Shown: positions 9,259-18,353 of the stretch, in pieces
Layout: each line of letters opens with the position of its first letter
Position numbering within the stretch: position 1 is the stretch's first letter
Assembly: GCA_003551675.1 (NCBI GenBank)
Contig: PUNG01000152.1
Span: 71,377-131,911, forward strand
Origin: Thermoplasmata archaeon
Lineage (GTDB): Archaea > Thermoplasmatota > Thermoplasmata > Halarchaeoplasmatales > Halarchaeoplasmataceae
Direction of reading: 5' to 3'
Length of the DNA: 60,535 nucleotides
Made by a program: the position numbers and the translations under genes
The notes under the pieces: model-generated
What the model saw: only the letters and a program-made list of their open reading frames with translations
What the model was told of the DNA's origin: nothing
The model's database searches: none

Positions 9259-9888
9259 ATGGCGAAGAAAAAAGGCGTAAAGGGTTTTATGGGATTCAAA
9301 GGGGGTGAAGAGGATGAAGATGTAGGTTGCGAGTACCACATAGAACAGAGTGGTTCAAAAAAGCGTCTGGTGTTAGAATGTACTGAGTGTGATCTTACAC
9401 CTACATTGAAAGACCAAAAGTGCCTTGCTTCAGTCCTCAATTTAATGTCCGATGAGATGGTTATGGATTCAGTCGTATTATCACACTACGAAGATACGGA
9501 ATACTTTGGTCCGTCCATGGATGTTTTGAACAACTTGGTCGATTTCATGGACAGTATAAAGGATTTCACACTCAGGGACCCCATCGCGAGGTATTTTGAT
9601 TATTTGGATGACAAAAATAAGAAAAAACTCAAGTGCCATGAGTGTCCTTTCAATCCATCTATGGTGTTTTCAAGTCTTTATAAAAGTTTCTCCCAAGGCA
9701 TAGAAAAATACGAGATGGATTTCAATACGGTCGTCCGTCAGATAAACAAGTCACCCCAGAGCCATCCGGAATGCGAGGAGTGTACTTACTCGACCCTGGA
9801 GGACCTTGATTATCTAAAGAAGAAATACGAAAGGTTATACAAGATGACCATGAGGCAGATAGGTGGAGAAACTTTGGTAGAGAAGTGA
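9259..9888 (+). CDS. Cysteine-rich hypothetical protein, first gene of the pilus-like locus
   Basis: 209-aa ORF with paired cysteines (CEYH, CTEC, CHEC, CEEC) suggesting metal binding. It lies directly upstream of the secretion ATPase. No family is recognised. Confidence 0.6.
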   Translation: MAKKKGVKGFMGFKGGEEDEDVGCEYHIEQSGSKKRLVLECTECDLTPTLKDQKCLASVLNLMSDEMVMDSVVLSHYEDTEYFGPSMDVLNNLVDFMDSIKDFTLRDPIARYFDYLDDKNKKKLKCHECPFNPSMVFSSLYKSFSQGIEKYEMDFNTVVRQINKSPQSHPECEECTYSTLEDLDYLKKKYERLYKMTMRQIGGETLVEK

Positions 9889-9932
9889 ATTTGATTTTAA
9901 AACATTGATAATTAAAATGGAGATGTGGAAAT

Positions 9933-11759
9933 ATGGAAGCCGGCCAAAATATAGGTAAAGGCAATGTCCCGGGCGGCGGCGCTCAGATGGAAAAAAAAGT
10001 CGACCACGACATGGAAAAAAAGTTCAAAAGTATATTTGAGGCGTATCACAGGGTCAAACCTAAATTTTCCTCTTCTTGGTTGGTACTTAAACCTCCACCG
10101 GGTGCGGAAAAAGTCAAAGAATATTTGGTGGAGGAAGCTAGGATAACCCTTTATCGGCTGCCAGGCGAAACCGAGACCCTCTATCATGTCAAACCTTTGG
10201 AGTACACTTTACCCCAGGGCCAGAAAAAAATAATCACACTGGCTCGTAAGGAGATATTAGATCATTATCCTGGTAAGGAGAGAGGCCATCGACCGGCTTT
10301 CATAAGAGAATATGCAAAAAAAGAAGGCCACCGGCTGATCTACAAGTACGCCAATATCGAAGGAGTCAAATTAGGAAAAACCCGATCCGAAGAGTTGGCT
10401 AGAGTTAGGATGTTATCTAACATACTATCTAGATACACCATAGGTCTTGGGATCGTTGAAATACTGTTGAGAGATACCAGGACCACGGATGTTTACATAG
10501 ATGCTCCAGTAGAGGAAAGTCAGATATATACTATCATATCTTCCACGGGGTTGGACGATTCGATCCCTGCAAAATGTGTCACAAACATAGGACTCACAAA
10601 AGAAAGTGCGGATTCCATCATATCAAGACTGCAATATGAAAGCAGCAGGGCATTTTCAGAGGCTAGACCTGTTCTAGAGTGTAGCTTGGACGAGTATAAA
10701 ACAAGAGCTACAGTAATCGGCGAACCTTTGTCCCCTGAAGGAGTCTCGATAACTTTCAGAAGACATTCGCCCAATCCGTGGACTCTTCTGAGATTGATCT
10801 ACCAAAGGAGTATTTCCCCTCTTTCCGCCGGTTTACTCTCCTTCCTTATAGACGGTAACGCCACTTTGTTGGTAGCGGGTCCAAGAAGCGCAGGAAAGAC
10901 ATCGCTGGTAGCTGCTTTGATGTTTGAATTCCCTCCCAGTCAGCGTATAGTAACCATCGAGGATACTCTGGAGCTGCCTTGCCCCGCATTGAAGGAAAAG
11001 GGTTACAAGGTACAGTCCATGCATATCCAATCCGGCGGTATCGGCGGTCTCGGTGAAGTCACGGCCAAAGATTCACTAAGAGTATCTTTAAGATTGGGTG
11101 AATCTGCGATAGTGATGGGAGAAGTAAGAGGCGAAGAAGCTAGGACCCTGTACGAAGCCATGAGAGCGGGAACTGCCGGTAGTGCCGTTATGGGGACCAT
11201 ACACGCCGACTCCCCTCAAGCGGTCTACGAACGAGTGGTTTATGATCTGAATATCCCTCCAAAATCTTTTGCCGCTACCGATGGTGTAGTGATGGTAAAT
11301 TATAGACGGCCTAAAGGCTTACACCGTTTGGTTAGGAAGACTACTCAGATATCTGAAGTTAACAAGGACGCCATCCCCTCTTTAGTCGGTGCAGAGGAAG
11401 AATTCGTAGGAGGTGAAGAACTCTTCAACGATTTGATGCACTATTCTTCTGAAAAAGATAGGCTCGTAAAGACAGAATTCTTTGAAGGAGCATCATTACT
11501 CATAAAGAAGTTGGCAGATGATTGGGAGATGTCCATAGAAGAGGCGAACAAAAATATACATGCTAGAGCCAGGGTTAGGGCTGCAGTGGTGAACAGGGCA
11601 CAAAAAGAAGGTCGACTTGAACTGTTAGAGGCCGATTACGTGCCGGAGTACAACAACCAATTCTGGAATCTGTTGGAAAGGCAGATGGAGGAGTACGGCG
11701 AAGTTGACTATAACGAATTGGTAACAGACTGGCAAAGATGGTTCAAGGAGAGTTTCTGA
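9933..11759 (+). CDS. Type II/IV secretion system ATPase (archaeal FlaI/PilB/GspE-like)
   Basis: Walker A is VAGPRSAGKTSLV, the Asp/Walker B region is RIVTIEDTLEL, and the His box is GEVRGEEARTLYEAMRAGTAGSAVMGTIHADSP. The stop lies 1 nt before the start of the TadC-like gene. Confidence 0.9.
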   Translation: MEAGQNIGKGNVPGGGAQMEKKVDHDMEKKFKSIFEAYHRVKPKFSSSWLVLKPPPGAEKVKEYLVEEARITLYRLPGETETLYHVKPLEYTLPQGQKKIITLARKEILDHYPGKERGHRPAFIREYAKKEGHRLIYKYANIEGVKLGKTRSEELARVRMLSNILSRYTIGLGIVEILLRDTRTTDVYIDAPVEESQIYTIISSTGLDDSIPAKCVTNIGLTKESADSIISRLQYESSRAFSEARPVLECSLDEYKTRATVIGEPLSPEGVSITFRRHSPNPWTLLRLIYQRSISPLSAGLLSFLIDGNATLLVAGPRSAGKTSLVAALMFEFPPSQRIVTIEDTLELPCPALKEKGYKVQSMHIQSGGIGGLGEVTAKDSLRVSLRLGESAIVMGEVRGEEARTLYEAMRAGTAGSAVMGTIHADSPQAVYERVVYDLNIPPKSFAATDGVVMVNYRRPKGLHRLVRKTTQISEVNKDAIPSLVGAEEEFVGGEELFNDLMHYSSEKDRLVKTEFFEGASLLIKKLADDWEMSIEEANKNIHARARVRAAVVNRAQKEGRLELLEADYVPEYNNQFWNLLERQMEEYGEVDYNELVTDWQRWFKESF

Positions 11760-11760
11760 A

Positions 11761-13785
11761 ATGCCTGAAATGGATAATGAGAAAGATGGAGGTATTTTCG
11801 AGAAGGGCTGTAAATTTGCGAGTACCGTCTTCCAGTTGGATGTATCCACGAAAAGGAAAGAGAGGGAAGAGAAGCGAAAAGAAGAAGATAAAGATATAGA
11901 TAGAAAACTTAAAGAGGAGAAAGAAAAATTTGAAGAGATACGAAAAAAGCACTCCCCTGACAGCCCGAAGTTCAAACGATCTAAGCAGCGGTACGAACTA
12001 GCTCTAAGGGACCATGAGATCGAAAAAGACAAGATCGAAAAGGATGAATTTAGAGCGGCCATAAAGTTCTCCCAGATAGACGCGGAACCTTTTGAAGTCC
12101 AATATTTCGCCTATTTGGTAGGTTTGCTAGTTTTTTTGGGCACGCTGGTTTTGGTTCTTTACGCCTTATTTTTCACGGATATATCAGTGATAATAAAGAT
12201 GAGTTTATTTCTACCAGTAATGGTAGTTCCTCTCCTCGCCATCGCTTTCATCATGAATTTTCCATTTTACATGGCAAAAAGGAGGAGGGCTAAATCCCTA
12301 GGAAGGATGCCGGAAGCCATCAACTATATGGTCATGTCCATGTCGTTGACGCCGAACTTGGGGAGGGCTGTGGAATATGCGGCGGAAAGTGTTGAAGATC
12401 CTTTGTCTTCGGAGTTGAGGAAGATAATCTGGGATGTTGAGATGAGACGCTTCAGCACCATCGATGAATCATTCATGGCCTTCGCCGATGAATGGGGTAA
12501 ATGGAGCGAAGAATTCAGAAGAAGTCTATACACGCTTCGAAATGCGGCCCAGAAGGAGACGCAAAAAGAGGTCAACCAAACTCTACAAAAAGCTAACGAG
12601 ATCGCCGTGAGGGGTACAGAAAATAAGATGAGGGACTTTTCGGAATCACTGACAGTACCGGCTATGACTTTGTTCTCTTTGGGAAGCATACTCCCTCTTT
12701 TGTTAGCTGCACTTTTACCCATTTTGGCCATAGGAGATACCACGGCTGAGATGATAATATTTTTACTGAACGTGGTCATACCAGTTGGCTTTTTAACATA
12801 TGCGGTACACATATTAGGGTATAGGCCGACGATGAGGGCACCACTTCATCTATCTGACCTTCTCACCAAACGAGAAAAATACTCGGTCGTTGGCACATCG
12901 GTAGCTGTAGCCGCTATTATGATATTCTTAGGTTTCTATTGGAGACCCGATCATTCTTACCTGATATCTTTACTCCCTCTATGGGGTATCACCATCGCCA
13001 TAACTATTTATTGTTTCTTTACTTCTTACTTTCCTTTCAAACAAAGAGATAATGTATTGGAGATGGAGAACAGCTTTCCCAATGCACTGTTCCATCTAGG
13101 TGGATACATAAGCAGAGGTTCCCCTCCGGAACGGGCTTTTGAGAAAGTTTCTGAAAACATATACTCCTCCAGCGTCAGTATATTGTTCCAAAAGATATCT
13201 TATTCTCTGCACGTTACAAGAAAGTCTCTCTCCGATGTGTTGTTCGCTAAAGGAGGTGTATTAGAAAAAAATCCTTCTCAGATGATAAAGGCAACCACCA
13301 CCATGGTGGCTAGAGCTATCAAAAAAGACCCAGAAACGGCAGGAGATACTTTGGTAAGGATGTCAGGATACCTTACCGAACTTCAAAACATCGAGGAGGA
13401 GATGAAGAGCAGGCTTGGTGAAGTCACAGGGATGATGAAAGTGACGGCTCAATTTATAGCCCCGTTGGTCATGGGGATCACAGCCGTCCTTTATGTGATG
13501 TTATCCGGATATTTCGCAGATATCGAACTTGAAGGACCTATGGCAGGTATGGCTGGAGGTTTTATAGGTCAAGAAGCTCCCATAGGCGGCTTTGCCTTTT
13601 CTCTGGTAGTAGGTGTTTATCTGATCCTTCTGGTGCTTCTTACCGTGTTCTTCACAGTAGGTATAGAGAGTGGAGAGGACTGGGCCGACAGGAAGATGAC
13701 CGTTGTCAGGATCTTACCTGTATCCATGCTGCTCTACACGATTTCTGCGATACTAGCTGAGATCTTTTTGGCGGGTATAATCTAA
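11761..13785 (+). CDS. Type II secretion system F-family polytopic membrane protein (TadC/FlaJ/PilC-like) with a charged K/E-rich N-terminal extension
   Basis: Two T2SSF-like cytoplasmic segments (MPEAINYMVMSMSLTPNLGRAVEYAA... and NSFPNALFHLGGYISRGSPPERAF...) are each followed by TM helices. The gene is adjacent to the ATPase. The roughly 100-aa N-terminus is lysine/glutamate-rich. Confidence 0.85.
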   Translation: MPEMDNEKDGGIFEKGCKFASTVFQLDVSTKRKEREEKRKEEDKDIDRKLKEEKEKFEEIRKKHSPDSPKFKRSKQRYELALRDHEIEKDKIEKDEFRAAIKFSQIDAEPFEVQYFAYLVGLLVFLGTLVLVLYALFFTDISVIIKMSLFLPVMVVPLLAIAFIMNFPFYMAKRRRAKSLGRMPEAINYMVMSMSLTPNLGRAVEYAAESVEDPLSSELRKIIWDVEMRRFSTIDESFMAFADEWGKWSEEFRRSLYTLRNAAQKETQKEVNQTLQKANEIAVRGTENKMRDFSESLTVPAMTLFSLGSILPLLLAALLPILAIGDTTAEMIIFLLNVVIPVGFLTYAVHILGYRPTMRAPLHLSDLLTKREKYSVVGTSVAVAAIMIFLGFYWRPDHSYLISLLPLWGITIAITIYCFFTSYFPFKQRDNVLEMENSFPNALFHLGGYISRGSPPERAFEKVSENIYSSSVSILFQKISYSLHVTRKSLSDVLFAKGGVLEKNPSQMIKATTTMVARAIKKDPETAGDTLVRMSGYLTELQNIEEEMKSRLGEVTGMMKVTAQFIAPLVMGITAVLYVMLSGYFADIELEGPMAGMAGGFIGQEAPIGGFAFSLVVGVYLILLVLLTVFFTVGIESGEDWADRKMTVVRILPVSMLLYTISAILAEIFLAGII

Positions 13786-13852
13786 GACAAAGGACTAAAT
13801 GATGTTACAAAACGAAGGCCAAAATATACCCGGCCTCTCTGGGCGCATAGGA

Positions 13853-13866
13853 AAATATTTATTATT
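13853..13866 (+). promoter_or_regulatory. Candidate TATA box upstream of gene 13899
   Basis: AAATATTTATTATT lies about 40 nt upstream of the ATG, with AGAGGT 8 nt upstream of the ATG. It shares the 12-mer AAATATTTATTA with 9223-9234. Confidence 0.35.
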
Positions 13867-13898
13867 GAAGTTCATATGAGATTAAAGAGGTAGAAAAA

Positions 13899-14477
13899 AT
13901 GAAAAGGCTACCGGTTAGAAAAATAGAAGAAGACGAAGATGCCCAGATCATGGGGATACCACTTTATATATTGCTCATAGTTATCATAGCGGCGGTGTCC
14001 CTGGCAGCCATACTGGGATTTATGGTGACCACTGAGCCGAGCATAGATGAGATCAGGATACACGACGTGTATCATGGTGAACATGAAGATGTAGGTGATA
14101 TCTATGGATATCAGTCTAGTGTATATGTAGAAGATATAGATGAAGACTCAGGGATAGCCTATTATAGGGGATCTGAACGCCCGGATCCTGAAGATCCTGA
14201 TGGAACTTTATCACCGGCTGAAGGCTACGATACACATCTTGTGGTTACTATTTACAACGAAGAAGGAAGCCCCATGTCAGGTGTAGACGTAGAGGCCGAA
14301 GGAGCAGGAGTGAGTTCCGTAGGAACCACAAATGCTAGTGGGATGGTGGAACTATCATTGGACGGTTGCAGACTCCGCCGAAACCAAAACAACGCCCAGA
14401 TAACGGTAACGGGGACTTACGAAGGACTTATCGGCTCTGAATCCGTAAGAACCAACATATGGGTCCAAAGACCGTAG
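13899..14477 (+). CDS. Pilin-like/N-terminally anchored acidic protein with a carboxypeptidase-regulatory-like beta-sandwich C-terminus
   Basis: A charged leader is followed by a hydrophobic helix (EDEDAQIMGIPLYILLIVIIAAVSLAAILGFMV). The C-terminal motif VVTIYNEEGSPMSGVDVEA...TTNASGMVEL resembles CarboxypepD_reg-like domains. Confidence 0.6.
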   Translation: MKRLPVRKIEEDEDAQIMGIPLYILLIVIIAAVSLAAILGFMVTTEPSIDEIRIHDVYHGEHEDVGDIYGYQSSVYVEDIDEDSGIAYYRGSERPDPEDPDGTLSPAEGYDTHLVVTIYNEEGSPMSGVDVEAEGAGVSSVGTTNASGMVELSLDGCRLRRNQNNAQITVTGTYEGLIGSESVRTNIWVQRP

Positions 14478-14616
14478 GCCTATACGCACCCAACCCTCTT
14501 ATTTTTTATTTTGAAACTATCTACAAACCTCTTCCCAAAATCTTTAAGTATCACTCATGAGCCTATTATAGCTAAGAGTTATTGGGTACCCAAACGATAA
14601 TCAAAAGGTGGATATT

Positions 14617-17600
14617 ATGGAAGATGAAATGAAGAAGTACTTCAGCCCAGAAAGACGTATGGTATTCACCTTCATTGGTGTAACTTTAGCGGTCTCTTTT
14701 ATTGTCTTATCGCTTCTGACTCCTTTTTTGGCCAATGGAGGTATCTCTGAGCCATGTACATCACTTTCAACGAATGAAGATATAGATTCGCAAGAGGACG
14801 AGATAAAACATCTGACCTCCTGGGAACAGAGGACACAAGACGATTTTAAAGAAGGAGATCATACAAATTTAGATATGGATTCATCTCCTGGTGAAGTCAG
14901 GCTAGATTCATACCCCTATGTTATCGGTTCTGCCGAGATGCCTGAAAGCAGAGGGGACTGGAGTGGAGGAAATACGTATAAAACGGGGAGGACAGATTAT
15001 CAAGCGGACCGAGGAGGTACTATCAGGGAAGTCAATATGGCAACAGGGGACTTGGTATCTGATTTTGATTTCTTGGTCCTTAAACCAGGCGAAGGCGAAA
15101 ATGAATTTTGGGTGGACGAACCAGCGGGTTCAGAAACATTCCAACCCGAGGCAGAGGAGCATAACAAGTGGGATGGTCTAGAAATACCCATCGAACAAGG
15201 GGATTGGATCGGTTTGTACACTTACGGTACACTCACTGCAAGAGCTGAACCGGATGCTTCACACAGTTATTATAGTTATAACGGGAAGATCGGAGGTACA
15301 CCTCGAACCATGACTGAATATACTCAGTCATATCATCCAACAATGTCCGCGGAAGTGGAAACATATGAATTTGAAGGGACGCTGGAATCCGAAGTACATT
15401 ATGCGGGTCCCCATATGTATACCTGGGATGAAATAACATGGAGTGCCCAGGAACCAGAAGGATCGGAGTTGATCATCGAGATAAGTACTTCCGAAGATGG
15501 AAGCACCTGGTCCGAATGGGAGGTAGCTCAGAGAGGAGAGGATGTTCCAGGCGACGATAATCATCCTTATATACGGTACAGAGCCACCTTTACATCTGAA
15601 ACCGGAAAGGAGAGTCCGGTGTTAGACCGGATAAGTATGTATTACAGAGTGGGTGAATCCCCTCCTGATATCGTCCACGAGCCTCTGCATGAATGGCAGG
15701 GTTATGGACCTTATACCATCACTGCGGAGGTGACCAGCGATAGCCCCCTTGCGGATCCGCCTAAACTACATTACAACATCGATGGGGAAGAGGAACATGA
15801 ACGATATTTTGAGGCCGATTGGGGAGATCATTTTGAAATAGAGATAGAGGATCTGCCCCATTCAACAGAAGTTGCGTACTACATAGAAGCTGAGAATCAA
15901 GCGGGTATCAGCGAGAGTACCGACGAAGTAACCTTCAGTATAGATAAAGAACCTCCGGAAACTGAGGCAATACTATCAGGTGAAGAAGGCGAAGATGACT
16001 GGTTCATAAACGATGTTACAGTGGAGCTGGACGCTACAGACCTGTACTCTGGAGTAGGGTCTATACGGTATAGTTTCGACGGAGAGGGCTGGGAGGATTA
16101 TAACCGGCCGTTTCAGATAAGTGAGTCAGGGGTACATACCCTTTACTATTACTCTATCGATGGAGTAGGTAATCAAGAGGATGAAAATACCGTAGAGATC
16201 AAGGCAGATCTGGAACCTCCTATCATGGAAATAATCAAACCGGAACCTACCGGGGAAGACGATTGGTATTTAGAAGAGATAGACATACAGATAGTGACGG
16301 AAGACGAAACTTCAGGAGTAGATAGGGTCGAGTACCGCATGGATGATGGTGATTGGGAATCATACCAAAATCGTATCAGTTTAGATGAATCAGGGATATA
16401 CCTCATCGAGGTTCGTTGTTTTGATAACGCAGGGAATGTAAAAGAAGAAGATGCAGTCGAGATCAAAGTAGATCTAGATGATCCTTTGATCGAAACCGAA
16501 ATAATCGCGGAGGAAGGAAGAGATAATTGGTATGTGAGTGAGACCGAAGTAGAACTAGATGCCGAAGACGAAGTATCCTCTATATCTAATATTTTCTACA
16601 GGATCAACGATGAGCAAGAATGGATAGAGTATGACGAGGAGATAGTACTAGGTGATGGAATATATCTACTGGAGTATTACTGCATCAACGGTGCAGGTAG
16701 AGAATCCGAGATAGAAGTGGAAGAGATCAAAGTAGATACATCACCACCAGAACTTAAAATCGAGATGCCCTCGGGAACGGGATGGACTAATGAAGATGGC
16801 ACAGTGAGCGTAGAAACCAAGGATATCATATCGGGTGTGCGAGAGATTAGTTACACGTTGAACAGAACCAACGACGACTGGGAGAATACAACAACTCTTG
16901 AGTATGATGATAATCCCTCTGACGTGAATATTACATTTGACGTACCTCCACACCAACACAGAAGATCAGGTAGATGGGATATAATCGTTGAAGTCAAGGA
17001 TCTAGCAGGGAATATCAACTCTACAGAAATCTTAGATATGAGTCTAGAATATCTTGTAGATTTCGAGGAACCCCTTCTAGACACACCTAAGGCAAGTTCT
17101 ACAGTTTGGAGAAACGACCTCACGATCTCAGTGATGGCGCAATCTCACCACAGCGGTATAGAACGGGTGATTTTGGAATACGATGCAGGGGATGGATGGC
17201 GATCTGAAGATATGAGAGATGAAGGCGGGGAATACACGGCAACCATATCAGGCAGTGAAGTGGGATTCAGCGATGTAGAGTACCGAATAACGGTGACAGA
17301 TGGAGCTGGAAACGAAGTGACCATGGAGGACTCCAAGATCGCTGAAGTCGGCATCAATTGGTGGTACTTAAGTCCCATATTCATCGTGATCGTCCTCATA
17401 ATTGCTTTTGCGTACTGGAAGAAAAACAGGGAGGAGCACGAAAAGCTGATGCCGATGAAAGAATCTAAGCTCTCAAAATTGAGAGGCGACAGAGAAAAGA
17501 AATTAGAACAAATCAAAAGAGATAGATCTGAAAGAACGATGAGTGTATCCTCTACTTCCGAGGAAGATGCACCGCCTCCTCCAGGAGATGATGGAGCACA

Positions 17601-18333
17601 ACCTCCACCGCCACCGGCAGCGGTTTCAGGCACTTCTGAATCGTCGGGACAGGACTGCTGTATCTGTGAAAGTCCAACTGATTCTACTACTGGCTTGGAA
17701 TGTGATTGCGGAAATGTTTACCACGATGATTGCTTGATGGCCGAGAAAAACTGTCTAAGATGTGATAGGGATTATACCGATGTAATTGCTCTTTCGAAGG
17801 GTGAAGAATTAGAAGAGGAAGAGTTTGAAGAGGAAGTTGTATTTGAGTGCTACAGTTGCGGCTCGGAGATCAACGAGGAAGATGAATCCTGTGAAGCATG
17901 TGGAGTCGTTTTCGAGGATGAGTTAGAGGAAGAACAGGAGTCAGAGCAAGAGGTGGAGGAAGAGCAGGAGGAAGAACAGGAGTCAGAGGAAGTGCAGGAG
18001 TCAGAGCAAGAGGTGGAGGAAGAGCAGGAGGAAGAGCAGGAGCCAGAGGAAGAACAGGAGTTAGAGGAAGTGCAAGAGTCAGAGGAAGTGCAGGATTCAG
18101 AGGAAGAGCAGGAATTAGAGGAAGAGCAGGAGCCAGGGGAAGAACAGGAGTCAGAGGAAGAACAGGAATCAGAGATATGGGATGAAGGAACAAGTGAGGG
18201 ATCCGAAAAAGAGACGGAAAAAGCCGAGAAAAAAGCTGACGCCGGTGAAACGATAGTCTGTCCTCTGTGTAATAATAAAAACGAGCCAGGAACTGAAAGA
18301 TGTTGGGCGTGTCATAACGATCTTACTGAGTAA
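14617..18333 (+). CDS. Large two-pass membrane protein: extracellular Ig-like repeats, a cytoplasmic C4HC3 zinc finger, two zinc ribbons and a polyacidic repeat
   Basis: The ATG at 14617 has GGTG 6 nt upstream; the alternative in-frame GTG at 14608 (track start, 1241 aa) overlaps that GGTG. From 14617 the product is 1238 aa. TM1 is MVFTFIGVTLAVSFIVLSLL. Five tandem repeats of about 85-105 aa span 15943-17330, with the motif D..SG(V/I)..(I/V).Y...........(Y/I).......G.(H/Y).(L/I).(Y/V)...D.(A/V)GN. TM2 (WWYLSPIFIVIVLIIAFAYW) is at 17359-17418. The roughly 305-aa tail carries Cys motifs at 17656-17763, 17848-17901 and 18259-18312. Confidence 0.85.
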   Translation: MEDEMKKYFSPERRMVFTFIGVTLAVSFIVLSLLTPFLANGGISEPCTSLSTNEDIDSQEDEIKHLTSWEQRTQDDFKEGDHTNLDMDSSPGEVRLDSYPYVIGSAEMPESRGDWSGGNTYKTGRTDYQADRGGTIREVNMATGDLVSDFDFLVLKPGEGENEFWVDEPAGSETFQPEAEEHNKWDGLEIPIEQGDWIGLYTYGTLTARAEPDASHSYYSYNGKIGGTPRTMTEYTQSYHPTMSAEVETYEFEGTLESEVHYAGPHMYTWDEITWSAQEPEGSELIIEISTSEDGSTWSEWEVAQRGEDVPGDDNHPYIRYRATFTSETGKESPVLDRISMYYRVGESPPDIVHEPLHEWQGYGPYTITAEVTSDSPLADPPKLHYNIDGEEEHERYFEADWGDHFEIEIEDLPHSTEVAYYIEAENQAGISESTDEVTFSIDKEPPETEAILSGEEGEDDWFINDVTVELDATDLYSGVGSIRYSFDGEGWEDYNRPFQISESGVHTLYYYSIDGVGNQEDENTVEIKADLEPPIMEIIKPEPTGEDDWYLEEIDIQIVTEDETSGVDRVEYRMDDGDWESYQNRISLDESGIYLIEVRCFDNAGNVKEEDAVEIKVDLDDPLIETEIIAEEGRDNWYVSETEVELDAEDEVSSISNIFYRINDEQEWIEYDEEIVLGDGIYLLEYYCINGAGRESEIEVEEIKVDTSPPELKIEMPSGTGWTNEDGTVSVETKDIISGVREISYTLNRTNDDWENTTTLEYDDNPSDVNITFDVPPHQHRRSGRWDIIVEVKDLAGNINSTEILDMSLEYLVDFEEPLLDTPKASSTVWRNDLTISVMAQSHHSGIERVILEYDAGDGWRSEDMRDEGGEYTATISGSEVGFSDVEYRITVTDGAGNEVTMEDSKIAEVGINWWYLSPIFIVIVLIIAFAYWKKNREEHEKLMPMKESKLSKLRGDREKKLEQIKRDRSERTMSVSSTSEEDAPPPPGDDGAQPPPPPAAVSGTSESSGQDCCICESPTDSTTGLECDCGNVYHDDCLMAEKNCLRCDRDYTDVIALSKGEELEEEEFEEEVVFECYSCGSEINEEDESCEACGVVFEDELEEEQESEQEVEEEQEEEQESEEVQESEQEVEEEQEEEQEPEEEQELEEVQESEEVQDSEEEQELEEEQEPGEEQESEEEQESEIWDEGTSEGSEKETEKAEKKADAGETIVCPLCNNKNEPGTERCWACHNDLTE
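17917..18176 (+). repeat. In-frame acidic (E/Q/S/V) tandem repeat inside CDS 14617..18333
   Basis: 17941-18000 and 18001-18060 align with a 60-bp period and only a few mismatches. They are embedded in degenerate 18-bp units GAGGAAGNNCAGGAGNCA that encode EEEQESE-type peptides. Confidence 0.85.
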
Positions 18334-18353
18334 AACAAAGAGGAAGATAAGAT

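Noticed and set aside
17870-18193. 107-aa minus-strand ORF rich in P/L/A (PLTPVLPLAPALP...)
   Set aside because: It is the antisense shadow of the GAG/GAA/CAG acidic repeat inside CDS 14617..18333. Its periodicity simply mirrors the sense-strand repeat.
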